This document shows, in pieces, positions 12,924 to 27,465 of a stretch of 64,000 nucleotides of DNA. The DNA is from Malacoraja senta. Lineage: Eukaryota. Each line of letters opens with the position of its first letter. Positions within the stretch are counted from its first letter, which is position 1. Location: contig CM075987.1 of the NCBI GenBank assembly GCA_038087875.1, forward strand, positions 23,624,001 through 23,688,000. Direction: 5' to 3'. The translations under genes and the position numbers were made by a program. The notes under the pieces were generated by a model, which was not told the origin of the DNA, did no database searches, and saw only the letters and a program-made list of their open reading frames with translations.

Positions 12924-13905
12924 AGTTCAGTTTATTGTCACGTGCACCGAGGTACAGTGAAAAGCTTTTGTTGCGTGCTATCCAGTCAGCAGAAAGACAA
13001 CACATGATTACAATCGAGCCATTCACAGTGTACAGATACATGATAAGGGGATAACTTTTAGTGCAAGATAAAGGCAGTTAAGTCCGATCAACGATAGTCT
13101 GAGGGTCACCAATGAGGTAGATAGTGGTTCAGGATTGCTCTCTTGTTGTGGTAGGATGGTTCATTTGCCTGATAACAGCTGGAAAGAACTGCCCCTGAAT
13201 CTGGAAGTGTGTGTTTTCACACTTCTATACATTTTGCCCCAAAGGGAGAGGGGAGAAGAGGGAGTGGCCAGGGTGCATCTCTTCCTTGATTATGCTGCTG
13301 GCCTTGCCGAGGTAGCATGAAGTATAAAATGGAGTCAATGGAAGGGAGGTTGGTTTGTGTGATTTGCATCCACAATTTGCTGCAATTTCTTACGATCTTG
13401 GATGGAGCTGATCCCAAACCAAGTTGCAATGCATCCCGATAAAATGCTTTCTACGGCACATCTGTAGAAGTTGGTGAGAGTTGTCGGGGACATGCCAAAC
13501 TTCCTAAGCCTTCTAAGGAACTAGAGGCACTCAGTTCAGTTACAGTTTAGTTGATTGTCACGTGCACCAAGGTACAGTGAAAAACATTTGTTGCATACTA
13601 ATCATTCAGCAGAAAGACAATACATGATTACAATCGATCCATTTACAGTGTATAGATACATGATAAGGGAATAACGTTTAGTGCAAGGTAAAGTCAACAA
13701 AGTCCGATCAAGGATAGTCCAAGGGTCATCAAAGAGGTAGATAGTAGTTCAGCACTGCTCTCTGGTTGTGGTAGGATGGTTCAGTTGCCTGATAACAGCT
13801 GGGAAGAAACTGTCCCTGGATCTAGTGGTGTGTGTTTTCACACTTCTATACTTTTTGCCTGATGGGAGAGGGGAGAAGAGGGAGTGGCCAGGGTGTGACT
13901 TGTCG
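12924..13905 (-). mobile_element. Two tandem Rex1/Babar-like LINE 3' ends (12924-13530 and 13531-13905)
   Basis: RT C-terminal TLTNFYRCAVESILSGC-like sequence on the minus strand; duplicated 3'UTR ending in GTGACAATAAACT-like tails. Confidence 0.75.
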
Positions 13906-14222
13906 TTGCTTCAATAGGGTGGTCCAGGAGCAACAACCAAGGACAGTAAGTTAATCTACGACTGTTCACAAACCCCCCCTATGCTGCCATGTTATACAGT
14001 GAACGTCCAAACCCATTGACAGACTTATCCTTGTTCATAACTGATGGTGCCAGATCCAAGGGCATTGCCAGGCATGGCTCCTCAGTTCATCTGGAGCCTT
14101 TTAGAAATAACAACTCAGACTCCAGCAGACAGCCAAAGGTTTCAGGGGAGGAAGAGTAAAGAGGGAACTACAGCTCCACCACAAAGTCTCGCCAATGGCC
14201 CTGCATATATGTCAAAATAAAA

Positions 14223-14408
14223 CATGCAGGCAGAGGAACTGCAGATGCTGGTTTCAATTGTAGACACAAAAAGCTGGAGTAACTCAGCGGGACAGGCAGC
14301 ATCTCTGGAGGGAAGAAATGGGTGACGTTTCGGGCCAAGACTTGATCAGTCTGAAGAACGGTCTCCCATTCCTTCTCTCCAGAGATGCTGCATGTCCCGC
14401 TGAGTTAT
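14223..14408. mobile_element. Fold-back PLE-derived insertion
   Basis: Inverted arms; TSD TGTCAAAATAAAA. Similar elements at ~14925-15145, 22480-22630, 28990-29095, 30367-30560, 41961-42168 and 48715-48952. Confidence 0.75.
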
Positions 14409-14646
14409 TGTCAAAATAAAAACAACATGCTTGAAATAATCATGAAGTCAGGAATAGTCATTGGGCACAGAAACAGTTAACATGGGCTTGGTCGACAATT
14501 TATTACAATTACATAACGGCAGAATGAAAAGAATTCTTCAGCACTGTAACAAACGCTGGCTGAAGCTGACCCCACTGGGTCTTGCAATCACAATTAAATT
14601 ATAGGGAACTGTAGAATACTAGAGACCCGAAATAAAAGCTGTGCTA

Positions 14647-14826
<180 letters not shown>

Positions 14827-16198
14827 TCAGCTAGTATCAGCTAAAGGCAATGCACAATGGCTAATTAACAATCATTTTACTTATAAATATAAAGCAGATG
14901 TATGAAAAATGTTAAAATAACATATGCAGGAAGGAACTGCAGGTGCTGGTTTACACAGAAGTTAGACAAAAAAAGCTGGAGTAACGGAGCGGGTCAGGCA
15001 GCTTCCCTGGAGAAATGGAACAGGTGACGTTACTGGCCTCCCCTGACTCTCAGTCTGAAGGGTCTCGACCCAAAACACCCTGTTACTTTTCTCCAGAGAT
15101 GCTTCCCGAGCCGCTTAGTTACTCCAGCTTTTTGTGTCTGTCTTCATTGTCGAAATAACATGTATTTACGGAGACAGACACAGGCATTGGTGCTACAAAG
15201 GATCTTGCTATAAGGATACGGGATGCACCGCAGGGCACTCAGATGCCTTCTTGGTGCTGCCACATAAATCAAGGACCCAACTGCCCGAACCCTGAGGTAG
15301 GAACATGGTGGAGCAGGTCGCCATTTAGATACAATTAAAAAAAATGTAGGCAAGTGGCTCCACCTTGTGGTCTGAGTGATAAAATTATTTTTAAATTAAT
15401 AGTGTAAAAAGAGGCCTTCCCTTCTTGCATATGTTTTGTTAAAAAGCTGTTCTAATTGCTGCACTCCTCCTGCCTTTTCCTCATGAACCTACTTGAGTTC
15501 TTTCCTTATACATATTGAATTTCTCTTTTTAAAGTCACAACCAAATCTGGCACCTCTCCTTTCTGTTGTCAGAACACAAAAAAAACGTCATTAAAAAAGT
15601 CCCTGTCTTTGTTTTTAAAACTTTGTTTCTTAAATTCCAATCCAAAGTAGAGTTGTGAAGACCAGGCAAGGGTCAGGTTCCATCACCTAACAGTGGAGCA
15701 CGAAGCAGAAAAGGGAAAAGGTGGTGAAAACTACTCATAACATGTGATCTGTCCATTCCTGTCAGAAACCACAAGAAACCAAATAACAGACAGGATGTGC
15801 ACAGGGCATGTTCACCAATCTATGCTGACGTTCAGCACCCAGGGGTAACTTAACTGTGTGAGAAACCTGTACCCCAGTGAGGGTCAGTGAGTGTGTATGG
15901 GACCTGTACCCCAGTGAGGGTGTGTGTGTGTGTCCCGTACCCCAGTTGCAGTCATTGCCCTTGCAATTCATATTCTGGTCAAAATGCTCACGGAACCCAT
16001 GTGTCTCTACAATTCAGTGCCAAAAAGAACCAGTATTCTACATATTCATCTCCATGGGATCAGTATCCCTTCAATGTACCATTGCAGAGTCCATTAGTCA
16101 TGGGAGCTGCACTCCAGTACCACAAGATCATGCACACCACACAATGTGAAGAATAAAGTAAGAGAACTAGTCAGAAAATACAAAAGTGGAATATGTAC

Positions 16199-16232
16199 CT
16201 TTCCTTTACTGTAGTCCCAAAGTTTCAGAGTG
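16199..16232 (-). CDS. WDR5: WDR5 coding exon 10 (TLKLWDYSKGK)
   Basis: 34 nt, ttccag|...|gtacat. Confidence 0.96.
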
Positions 16233-16964
16233 CTGGAAAACATAGACATATATTTTAGAAATGAGTTGTCAATGAAACTGGTCTCACACCCCAATCCCTG
16301 GTCATTGTCATTGTTGCTGGAACATCAGCCTAGGTTACTAGATCACTGAGAATTGCTTGCCCACCACCACGTAAGTCATTAAGTTAAAGTCAAGCACATC
16401 CAGAATAGCCCCCTGCCCCCGGTACAGGCAGGCTTGCATAGTTTACTCTGCAATTCATTTACACAACCTCAAAAGGAGCCCCACTTCAAATAGGAGACCA
16501 CCCAGACACATACCCTTCCTCCCAGTCATTGTTACTGAGTCCACAAGGAAAGGGAGCCGGGCACAAGGCCAACCAATTCTAAGAGTCTACTTGGGTCAAT
16601 TGGGCCCCCTTTTACTGTGTCAAACTGCTTACTCGAGTAATCCCAGTTTGTGTTCCAGCTGGGTGTTATCTAGGTGGTAGGTCAGGAGATGGCATGAGAC
16701 TTTGGAGAGGATACATGCAGCTATTTTGATCCCTTCCTTACTGCATCAGATCTCCTCTCCTCAGAGTGCAGAGGTTAGAATGAGCTGGCACTCTCAGGAA
16801 CAGGATCATGGTGTAGCTCCCAACTAAAATGGGAAGGCTGCCAGTGTCATGGGACAATGCATGGGGAAGATGACTTTCGCTTGCTTTAGTAACGAGCAGA
16901 ACTTTTGGTCGCAATAAACGAGACCAGTGGCAGATTCTTTGCATGCTTGGTCAGAGCTTCCTTA

Positions 16965-17180
<216 letters not shown>

Positions 17181-17904
17181 CTAAGCTTCCATTAATGATG
17201 ACACTCTCTGGTGTGCATCAGAGCCCTGTAGAACAGAGAGGATTTCAGGCTCCTCTCCTTGGCCCAAACAGAGTTATTCAAAGATGTCAAGAGTAGACAT
17301 TGCAATGTAAGGAAGAGATGACGACTTTTGGGGGTAAGGACAGAATTGATTTGGTTGGATTTGAGGAACAAAAAGGGGACAAGCATATTACTGGTGATAT
17401 TTTAGTTTAGTGATACAGTGTGGAAACAGGCCCTTTGTCCCACCAAGTCCACACTGACCAGCAACCCCTCACCCCTTGCACAGTAGCACCATCCAACACG
17501 CTAGGGACAATTTACAATGTATACAGAAGCAAATTAACCTCCAAGCCTGCATGTCTTTGGAGTGTGGGAGGAAACCAGAGGACCCAGGGAAAACCCAAAT
17601 AGACGGAGAAAATCCAAAAACTTATAGGCCTCCAAATAAAACGAGTGAAAGAAAGAGCAAATCTATGGGGTAAACTGCTGTGACTGAAGAATGTTGGTTC
17701 ATGGGCTCTTCAGGTACCCAAGTATCAACAGGGAAAATATTGGAAGCACATGGAAAAGAGAGGGAGGAATTTGTTAGAAGCAATCAGGAGAGAATCATTA
17801 CTCAGTATCTTCTTGGTTGAACTAAGGAAAAGGCATTGCTGGATCCAGTGCTGGGAAAGACGAATAGCAAGTGGCCTCTTTGAAACGATCATTACTCTTT
17901 TGTC

Positions 17905-18406
17905 GGGGAACCTTTTTTTCCAATCTCTTATCTCGACAGAGATGCAGTTTTTTTCGGTATTGTATCGCTGTCCCCACTGCGGCCTAACATCGTGGAGTCG
18001 GCGGCCTTTCCTGGAGACTGACGGGCGCTCCAAGCCGCAGGAGTCTGCGGGACTTTAACATCGCGGAGCTTGCGATCCCTTTGCCGGGGATCAAAGCTCC
18101 AACCGCAGGGCCTGTGGACTTTAACATCATGAAGCCCGAAGTCTCTGGTAAGAGGCCGATTCGGGAAGTCCACGGAGCAGAGAGAGTTTCGATATCCCCC
18201 CGACGGGAGAACAAAGAGGAAGAAGATTGGACTTTATTGCCTTCCATCACAGTGAGGAATGTGGAATCCACTGTGATGGATGTTTATGTTAACTTTTATG
18301 TGGTTGTGTGGCTTGTTGCTTTTCACTTAGTCTGGCTGTATGGTAACTCAAGTTTCACTGTACCTTAACTGGTACATGTGACAATAAACTGACCTTAAAA
18401 CCTTGA
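17905..18406 (+). mobile_element. Non-autonomous CpG-rich retroelement; related partial copy at ~18676-19000
   Basis: Internal ACTTTAACATC repeats; shared GCCTTCCATCACAGTGAGG block and GTGACAATAA 3' tail. Confidence 0.62.
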
Positions 18407-19789
18407 ATTGGGATCAAGGTTTGAATATTTAATAATATTTTTTTCTTTTCACTTCCAACGTCTTGATCTTAGCCAGGTTCTCACTTGAAAAGTTCACTTA
18501 AGGTGTATATTATCTATATGTTTATTTGATTCATTATATTCTCCCTCCCGGTCAGAAGTGGTGAAAAGGCTGGGTACAGAGTAAAATTTGAAAATTGGCT
18601 GACAATCCCAAACTTGCAGGTGTGGTGAACAATACTAAATGACTGCAAGAGGACAGGTTAGTGGGATGGTTGGAATTTTTAACATCATGGAACTCGCGGT
18701 TATCGATTAGAGGCCGACTTCGGGAGCTCCAACCGCAGGAGCATCGATCGCCCCGTTGCGGGAGCCTCGATCGCCCCGACGGATGGTTTGACTGCCCCGA
18801 CCACGGGAGAATAAAGAGGGAAGAAGCGTAGACTTTGTTGCCTTCCATCACAGTGAGGGACATGGGGAATCCGCTGTGGTTGATGTGTATGTTAACTTTT
18901 ATGTAGTTGTGTGTCTTGTTGCTTTTTTTTTGTATGGCTGTACGGCAATATGAATATCACTGTACCTTAATTGGTACACGTGACAATAAGAACCCTTTGA
19001 ATTTAATGAACAAGTGTGAGATGATGGATTTTGAAAGGATAAATGGGCGGTGGCAGCATCGACTGACGAGGAATCTGGGGATAATGTACATAGATCATTG
19101 AAGGTGGCAGAACATATTGAGCATGGTTGTTGATGCACATGTCAGTTTAGTTTAGAGATGCAGCATAGAAACAGGCCATTCGGCCCACTGAGTCCGCACC
19201 GACTAGTGATCACCCATACACTAGTTCTAACTTACACACGAAGGACAATTTACAATTTTACCAAGCCAATTAACATACACATTTGTATGTCTTTGGAGTG
19301 TGGGAGGAAACCGTAACTCCCAGAGAAAACCCACGCAGGTCACGGTGAGAAGTATAAACTCCATATAGACAGCACCCGTAATCAGGATCAAATCCGGGTC
19401 TCTGGCGCTCTACCGCTGAGCCACCATGTCGCCCTTGAAGTCATAAAACCAATGACACTACTCCTCCTGACTGCCACTCAGTGACCCCATGGCAACTGAC
19501 AGAGTTGGAGAAAGGGTTTCTGCTTCCAAACTGCAGGAAGAAATGTGAATGTCAAAGTACAACTTAAGCTACAATGCCAGACCCAAAGGAACACCTTGCC
19601 AATGTTCACTATTTCAGCTCACCTATAACAATCAGCCAAGAAATCAGGGAGAGACGTTTGCTTGCCGAGTGCCACTGTGCAACTGGATCCCAATAAACTT
19701 GACCGTATCAACAAAGAGAGAGCAGGGTGGATTTGGACTGTTCTTTACCTACCTATCCCACTATCTCATTAGGCTTGACAATCACTTAC

Positions 19790-19836
19790 CAATCAGTGTT
19801 TTAAGGCATTGCCCTGATGCGGTGTCCCAAATTCGG
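19790..19836 (-). CDS. WDR5: WDR5 coding exon 8 (RIWDTASGQCLKTLI)
   Basis: 47 nt, ttgcag|...|gtaagt. Confidence 0.97.
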
Positions 19837-20190
19837 CTGCAAAAACAGAGACAGCCATTTAATGATAATCTTTAACATAAGTGTATCCTTTCCTTCAGGT
19901 GTTGACCAACATTTTCCTTTTGGCCAGTTAATAAGTCTCATGTAGGAATATGGATCTTCAGTGGTTCTTGTAAGAGAAACTACATGAGGCACATACTGGC
20001 TAATTAAGCGAAGAACCAAAAGGAAAGTTTTATATTAAACAAAATAATGACCTTTTGTGATGTGAAAGGGAGTTGGATGCAAATTCAAAAATGTTTGAAC
20101 TGGATAGACATTGATTTTGGGGGACGGGGCAGATGGAAACTTTGATGCTCTGGGGAAAGTGGAGGATGTTGAAGTAGTTAGATGACTATT

Positions 20191-21320
20191 TAAAAAAATA
20201 TACAAAAGATCATTATAATATCCCAGCAGATGTATTGGATGAAGCAATGCAGATAAAAGCTGAATCAGCAAACTTAATATCATATTTGTATAATATTATC
20301 TCAAATGTAGAAATACCATCTATGGAAGGTATTAGAAGAGACTGGGAACAAGAATTAGCTATTAAAATCTCAAAGGAAAGGTGGAATGAACATTTATTAA
20401 ACGTGCATAAATGTTCGATTAATGTAAGACACACTTTAATACAATTTAAAATTTTACATAGATTATATTATTCAAAAACTAAAATTAATAACAACTAAAT
20501 TTAATAAAAACTAAAATTAATAAAAACTAAACTAAATTTTCCCCAATGTATCATCCATTTGTGATAAATGTCAATCTCAAGAAGCTACTATAGCGCACTC
20601 ATTTGTTTTTTGTACAAAAATTCAAACATTTTGGATTGAAATTTTTGAAATCTGTACAAAATTATTTAAAATAAAACTGATACCAAAAGCAGAATGGATT
20701 ATCTTCGGAACAACGGAAGATAGTCCTGAACTAAATGTGTTTCAAAATAAATTAATAGATTACGGGTTAATAACTGGAAAAATGTTAATCCTAAAATTCT
20801 GGAAAAACGCTCCAATACCAACTATAAACATGTGGATTTCAAATATGTTTGAAACATTACACCTAGAAGAGATAAGACTTCTCCTGGCAGGTAAACCAGA
20901 TCACTTCCACCTGACGAGGTCTGCATTTATAGAATTATTACAAGTATAGGGTGCAAAAGTACTTAAAAAAAAACTGAGGTCAGGTAAAGGGGGATGAAAG
21001 CTGGAGAGTTGGTATATCCCATTTGCGTGATGCTTATAACAAAGTATTTGTTTTTCTCTTTTTCTTCTTCTTTAGGGTCTATCTCTTAATCCTTTTTTAA
21101 AATTTCTTTTCTACAGGGTCTCTGTTCTTTCTTGCTGTCACGTTTTTACACCTTCACTATTTTCCTTCACTTTCTCTTTTTTCTTAATCTCAACCTTTCC
21201 TTTTTATCAGTGTAAAAAATGTAATTGTAATAAGATATACGTGATGAGTACTAATGTAATTGGTTGTAATGTAATGTACTTCTAATAAATATATATTTTT
21301 TTAAATAAATAATTTTTAAA
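20191..21320 (+). mobile_element. 5'-truncated fish-type L1 LINE (ORF2 C-terminus, 3'UTR, A-rich tail)
   Basis: WEQEL...IQFKILHRLYYS and a CDKC...HSFVFC zinc-knuckle-like segment; T-rich 3'UTR; AATAAA at ~21284. Confidence 0.82.
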
Positions 21321-21466
21321 AAGATAACTCCATCAAAGAACATGACATACCAAGTGGGTTCTACCTGTGCTGAAACAAATTAAAGATTCTGTGAGACTTT
21401 GAGAAAATTATTTTGAACTAGTAAAAGTTTGAGAGAAAAAAACAGTAATCTTTTGTTTTGAAAAGG

Positions 21467-21874
21467 AGTTGGAGTTTAGAAGGATGAGAGGGCATCTCAT
21501 TGAAACATATCAGATTGTTAAGGGCTTGGACACGCTAGAGGCAGGAAACATGTTCCCGATGTTGGGGGAGTCCAGAACTAGGGGCCACAGTTTTAGAATA
21601 AGGAGTAAGCCATTTAGAACGGAGACGAGGAAACACTTTTTCTCACAGAGAGTGGTGAGTCTGTGGAATTCTCTGCCTCAGAGGGCGGTGGAGGCCGGTT
21701 CTCTGGATACTTTCAAGAGAGAGCTAGATAGGGCTCTTAAAAATAGCGGAGTCAGGGGATATGGGGAGAAGGCAGGAACGGAGCACTGATTGAGGATGAT
21801 TAGCCATGATCACATTGAATGGCGGTGCTGGCTCGAAGGGCCGAATGGCCTACTCCTGCACCTATTGTCTATTG
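21467..21874 (+). mobile_element. CR1/HER1-like LINE 3' end
   Basis: Near-identical to the reverse complement of 2571-2970. Confidence 0.88.
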
Positions 21875-22859
21875 ATGCAAATTCAAAAAAATGTTGAATG
21901 ATAAACACTGATTAGACTTTTTTTACTTTAGAGATACAGCGCAAACAGGCCCTTCGGCCCACTGGCGATCACCCTGTACACTAATGTTATCCTAAACACG
22001 GAGGCCAATTTTACCGAAACCAATTACCCTACAAACCTGAATGTCTTTGGAGTGCAGATGGAAACAAGAGCACCCAGAGAAAACTCACACGTTCACAGAG
22101 AGAACGTACAAATTCCATACAGACAGCACCCAGACTCAGGATGGAACCTGGGTCTCTGGCACTCTACCACTGCGCCACCGTGCTGCCCAGATATTAGGGG
22201 AACCGGGGCAGATGAAAAACTTTGAAGCTCTGGGGAAAGTGATGGTTGTGGAGTTAATTAGATAACTATCAAAGAGCCCAACATGCAAAGTGAGTTCCCC
22301 CTGTGTTGAAACATTTTAGAGATTATGTGAGACTCTGATAAATGATTTTAAATTAATTCTGCATTCAATTGGAAGCTTCAACTCTGAACAAGTTGCACAA
22401 CCCAAAACAGTCCAGGGCTCTGCATGCTTATCTTTGTGCTTCAGAATCAGGAAAAGACAGCTTCAAAAATACTGGTGCGTAGAAAGGAACTGCAGATGCT
22501 GGTTTACATTGAAGATAGACACAAAGTGCTGGAGTAACCCAGCGGGTCAGGTAGCATCTTTGGAGAATCCTTTTTCCTCCAGTGATGTTGCCTGACCCGC
22601 TGAGTTACTCCAGCACTTTGTGTCTATCTTTGCTGTAAATATCCCTTGGTGCTGCTTGAGAGGCAACTGTCCTCAGAGCTGGGGTATAAACTGTAACTAC
22701 ACTTTGCTAACTCTCCATTACCCATATAGGCGATGAGCTGTGGAAAATGGCTTGTAAATGCATGTTACTTCTTCACCCTTTTATGGTGACATCGACAGCA
22801 ATGTTTCTGATCAGTATGCAAAATGTTTTACCGGGCAAAATTCAGAAAGTAACACTTAC

Positions 22860-22915
22860 CACAGGCCATCGTAACTACTGGAGACAATGAGGGATCCATC
22901 TCTGTTAAAATGTAC
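22860..22915 (-). CDS. WDR5: WDR5 coding exon 7 (VHFNRDGSLIVSSSYDGLC)
   Basis: 56 nt, tcttag|...|gtaagt. Confidence 0.97.
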
Positions 22916-24984
22916 CTAAGAGGATGAATTCAACATACATCCAGTCATATAAACAGCTGAGAGAACATCACTATGCCACATGAATTCATACAAGGCGATT
23001 CCGCATCTACACACCTCTCCCCAACAATGTGCACTTTAAGAGAGAGTAAATCTGCGCGGTGGGATGGGGTGATGCCATAAATGTGAATTTTCCGCAACAG
23101 AATTTATAAACAAGAGAATTAAAACTACTGATGAAGTTATGACGTATTTATCCAACCACTGGTATCGTCAAAGCTAAAGCATGCAGTTCAGGTGGAAAAT
23201 GTGTTTTGTGGTCACAAATTATAGATTCAGAGCAATGTACCCGAGGATGTGGTATTGGAGTTAAGAACAGGGTCAGATGCTTATGTTTTTCATTTGGTGA
23301 AAAGATAATTTAACTTTAGCTTTTTGGATTAAGGAATGGACTGCGATGGGTTAAACTGGGAAAAAGAGAATAGTTATCTAGCTGGGGACCTGTTGATAAA
23401 GGGCCAAAATAAATTAAAGACATTGAGGTGGAGTATCTGGAGAAATCACTTTGCATTATGTTGCTGGACTGCAACCATTTGCCACAGGAAGGAGCAATCG
23501 AAACTTTCCATATAACCATGTATGTAAATATTCATTTGCCTTGCCCTAACTATAAAGATACACAGCTCCGGAACACAGGGGGGAAAAGGAGTGTGGAAAA
23601 CAGGAGGTGGGATTGGGAAGTTTGGGATGCTGCAAGCTGGAGATACAGAAGACTGAAGTTGCTGGAATCTGGAGCAAAAAGAAAACAATACGGTGGAGGA
23701 AGGAGCAGCAACTGTGGAGGGAAATGGGCAGACGATGATTTGGGTTGGGACCCGTCATCTGGACAATTGTTGAAAGGGATTGGTTTGAGGCGGATGTGGA
23801 CAATGCAAAGGGTTGCCGAATGAGATTGTTTTGGGCTAGATGCAGCAAACCTTCACCTATCCACCAACCAGGAATTCACAGATCCTGATGGGTTTGGTAT
23901 TGGACTCGATCCCAATGGCTTGGTATTTGGTGGTTTTCTCCCTCTGCTGAGATACACTGGAGCCCAGGTTCCATGCTCCCTTGACACTCTTTCAGTTTGT
24001 TGGAAGATGTATTACACCATGCAATGTCTAAAGCATAAACTAATTAGAAGTGGGTAGGGATATTGAAAAGATTAACATCAAATAATAGACAATAGACAAT
24101 AAGTGCAGGAGTAGGCCATTCGGCCCTTCGAGCCAGCACCGCCATTCAATGTGATCATGGCTGATCATCCCCAATCAGTACCCAGTTCCTGCCTTCTCCC
24201 CATATCTTGCCAGCCTGACATGACTGAGTTTCACTGAATCAGATTACTGGGTGAGAATGGGGCAGAGGAATTAATTGGTATTGACAGCACGGATGGGCAG
24301 TGGGATTCGATTAGGATCGACACAATACAGTGTAATAATAATAATAATAATACATTTTATTTATGGGCGCCTTATACCAAAGTCTCAAGGACACCTTACA
24401 GAGTTTAACAAGTAAGAAACAAATAATCGGAGTAAAATAAATTATAAAGACATCACCAATACACAAATTAAAGACAGAATTTGATCGAAAGACACAAAAA
24501 ATAAAAATCAGAAACACAATGTGAAGAGAGAGCAGCGGCAGCTAAACCGCGCCAGCGTCCACTCTCCCTTCCGACCGCCATCTTGGACACAGACTAAAAT
24601 AGACACTACATACAAAAATCATCCCCCCACAACGCGACACACGATTTAAAAAATTGCCGATCATATTTGTCAACAGAATGAACATGAGGCTGTTGCTCGT
24701 CTTCATGGAGAACACGAGGTGTTGGAATCAATATGGGATTGATACAGGGTTGCGGTGTATGAGTGCGTCCATATCAGGGTGTGGTGTTATGGGAATTATC
24801 TGGGATTATCAGAGCTATTAAATTGAGAATAAGATAAATCATGGGTTTCTCCTGCACTGTAAAATTCCCTCGATCAAAGCAATACTCGATTGCAAAGAAT
24901 TACTCAATGCAAAACATCAAATATTTTCAGTTTCTGGTTTAAATCTGCACCCTCTGTGAGTAGGTCTGAGGCATCAACACTTAC

Positions 24985-25068
24985 AGCAGATACAGGGTCA
25001 GAATGGGCTGGCAGGGTCTTCAGGCACTTCCCAGTCTTCACGTCCCAGATTCGTACACTCTCATCAAA
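24985..25068 (-). CDS. WDR5: WDR5 coding exon 6 ([28 protein letters not shown])
   Basis: 84 nt, ttgcaag|...|gtaagt. Confidence 0.97.
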
Positions 25069-25139
25069 CTTGCAAAACAAAAGTCAAATCAAAGATCAGC
25101 CAAGAAACCGCAAATTAAGCAGCCGATTAGTTATTTTAG

Positions 25140-26025
25140 ATTCATAGATTCCTCCAGCACAGAAACAGGCCCTTCATCCCATCTCATCCATGCCAACCAA
25201 AATGCCTCATCGTTGCCAGTATTTGCTCCGTATCCCTCTAAATCTTTCCTATCCATGTACTTGTTTTTTTAAATGCTGTTATTGTACCTGCCTCAACTAC
25301 ACCATCTGACAGCTCGTTCCACATACCCACCGCCCACTTTGCGAAAAATTGGTCACACGGGTTCATCTTTACTCTCTATTGGTTCATCTACCTCATTGGT
25401 GACCCTCAGACTATCCTTGATCGGACTTTGCTCGCTTAACCTCGCACTAAACTTTATTCCCATATACATCTATACATTGTAATGGCTCGATTGTAATCAT
25501 GTATTGTCTTTCTGCTGGCTGGATAACATGCAACAAAAGCTTTTCACTGTATCTCAGTACACGTGACAATTAACTAAACTGAACCTATGTCCTTTGGATT
25601 CCCTAACCCTGGGTAAAAGGCTCTGCGTTCATCCTATCTATTCCCCTCATTATTTTATACGCCCCTATGAGGTCACCGCTTCACCTCTTGCAGTTCAAGG
25701 AATAAAGGCCCTACCTGCCCAATCTCTCCCTGTAGCTCAGGCCCTCAAGTCCTGGCAGCATCCTCGTAAATCTTCTCTGTACTCTTTTCAGCTTAATAAC
25801 ATATTTTCTATGGCAGGGTGACCAAAACCGAACACAATAGTCCAAACGCAGCCTTATCAACGTCTTGTACAACTAACATTAAGTCCCAACTTCTATACAC
25901 AATGCCCTGACAGATGAAGACCATTGTACCAAAAGCCTTCTTCACCACTCTCAGGGAACTGTGTACCTGTACTCCTCGATTGTTCTGCTCTATAGCACTC
26001 CCCAGGGCCCTATCATCCACTGTGA
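25140..26025 (-). mobile_element. Degenerate CR1-like LINE with a nested Rex1-like 3' tail (~25385-25583, +)
   Basis: CR1 ORF2-like residues on the minus strand; nested tail ends GTGACAATTAACTAAACTGAAC. Confidence 0.68.
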
Positions 26026-26623
26026 AGACCCACCCTGCTAAGTTGTTTTGGTCCTACACCAGTCTCTTGCACTGAATCTGGACAATCAACTGGACTTCGT
26101 CATTAAGAATCAGTTTTGGTTAAGCTGGCAGCCCAGTATATAAATGTTTCCCATTAGATGGAAGTCCCCCAGCCATGGGGGGCTTCCTAGCACATGTACT
26201 GAGGGTGTGCTGTACTGTCAGAGGAAGATGGCTGAAACACTAATGTACTCTCAGAAGTGACAGCATTTGAAGGAAACAGTAAATGACTAAGAACTTTAAA
26301 GACCCCACAATATTTTTCCGTTTGAACAGCTGGGGAAAGTTTGAGATAATGGATGGTTAGACTTTGGACTTTAAATGAAGGAAGTGAAATTTAAAATCAA
26401 ATGGCTGCCAAATTAAGAGGCAAGTGTAAATGACATGAGTAATAATGGGTAAACAGGACCATTATATAATTCCTGAGAGCCCAGTAAGGGTCGATGCCGA
26501 GGAAACCCACGCCTCAGGGAGGGTCAGTAAAGTGGGACCCCGTGCCCAGCAAGGGTCAATGACCGATGGGCCCCATGCCCCAGTGAGGATCAGTGCCGAA
26601 GAAACTCACGCTGCAGTGAGGGC

Positions 26624-27465
26624 GCCGTCATGTATGGGTATGGCTGCCCAGCCTGCAGCTGTCCGTCTTTTCACCTCTTTTATTTTTTTATTTTTAGTGA
26701 GTTCAAGTGTTTGTTTTTCGGAGCTCTAGTCTTTTTTATGTGGGGGGTGGGGGAAGGGGGAAACTGCTTTTCAGGGTCCCTACCTGGTCGGAGAGGCGGC
26801 TTTTCTCCGGGCAGCACCTTCGACCCGTCCTCGCGGCCTACCAGTGGGCCTGGAGCGGCGTTTCCTGAGGGGACCGGCCAGAACCTCGGCTTCGGCGGCG
26901 GCACAGAGCTGGAGCGCTATCGCGGAGTGGGCGATGCCTTGCCTGGGTCGCCGCGCTGGAGCTCTGGTATGCTGGGACCGCCGATGAAACATCGCGGAGC
27001 TGCGGGTCTGTGGAACGGCCAGCCGCGGGCGGTGGCGCTGACTTTAACACCGGGAGCCTGGGATCTCTCGCCAAGATCGCCAGTGGTGGAGCTCCAACCA
27101 GCGCGACCTGTCGGCTTCGGAAGCCGCGGTCTCCGGTAAGGAAGCGGCCGTTCCAGGTTTCCCAAGCCGCTGTGAGGATTCTCCCGACGCCGGAGCACCA
27201 TCACCCGGCGAGAACGGTCTGGAACATTGGGCCTCCGTAAAGGCGACTGCGGAGGCCTAATAGGCCCGACTATGGGTGGACAAGGGGATGGGGACTGGAC
27301 TTTGTGCCTTCCCTCATAATGGGAACCATTGTGGGGAATGTTTTTTTATGTTTAAATTTCTATATTATTGTTATGTTGTATTATTTTTTTATGTGCTGCA
27401 ATGGCAATACGCATTTCACTACACCAATTGGTGTATGTGACTAATAAAGAACCTTTGGACCTTTG
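26624..27465 (+). mobile_element. Non-autonomous CpG-rich retroelement with LINE-like 3' tail
   Basis: Ends TTTCACTACACC...GTGACTAATAAAGAACCTTTGGACCTTTG; flanked by TGAGGG on both sides; no credible ORF. Confidence 0.6.
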
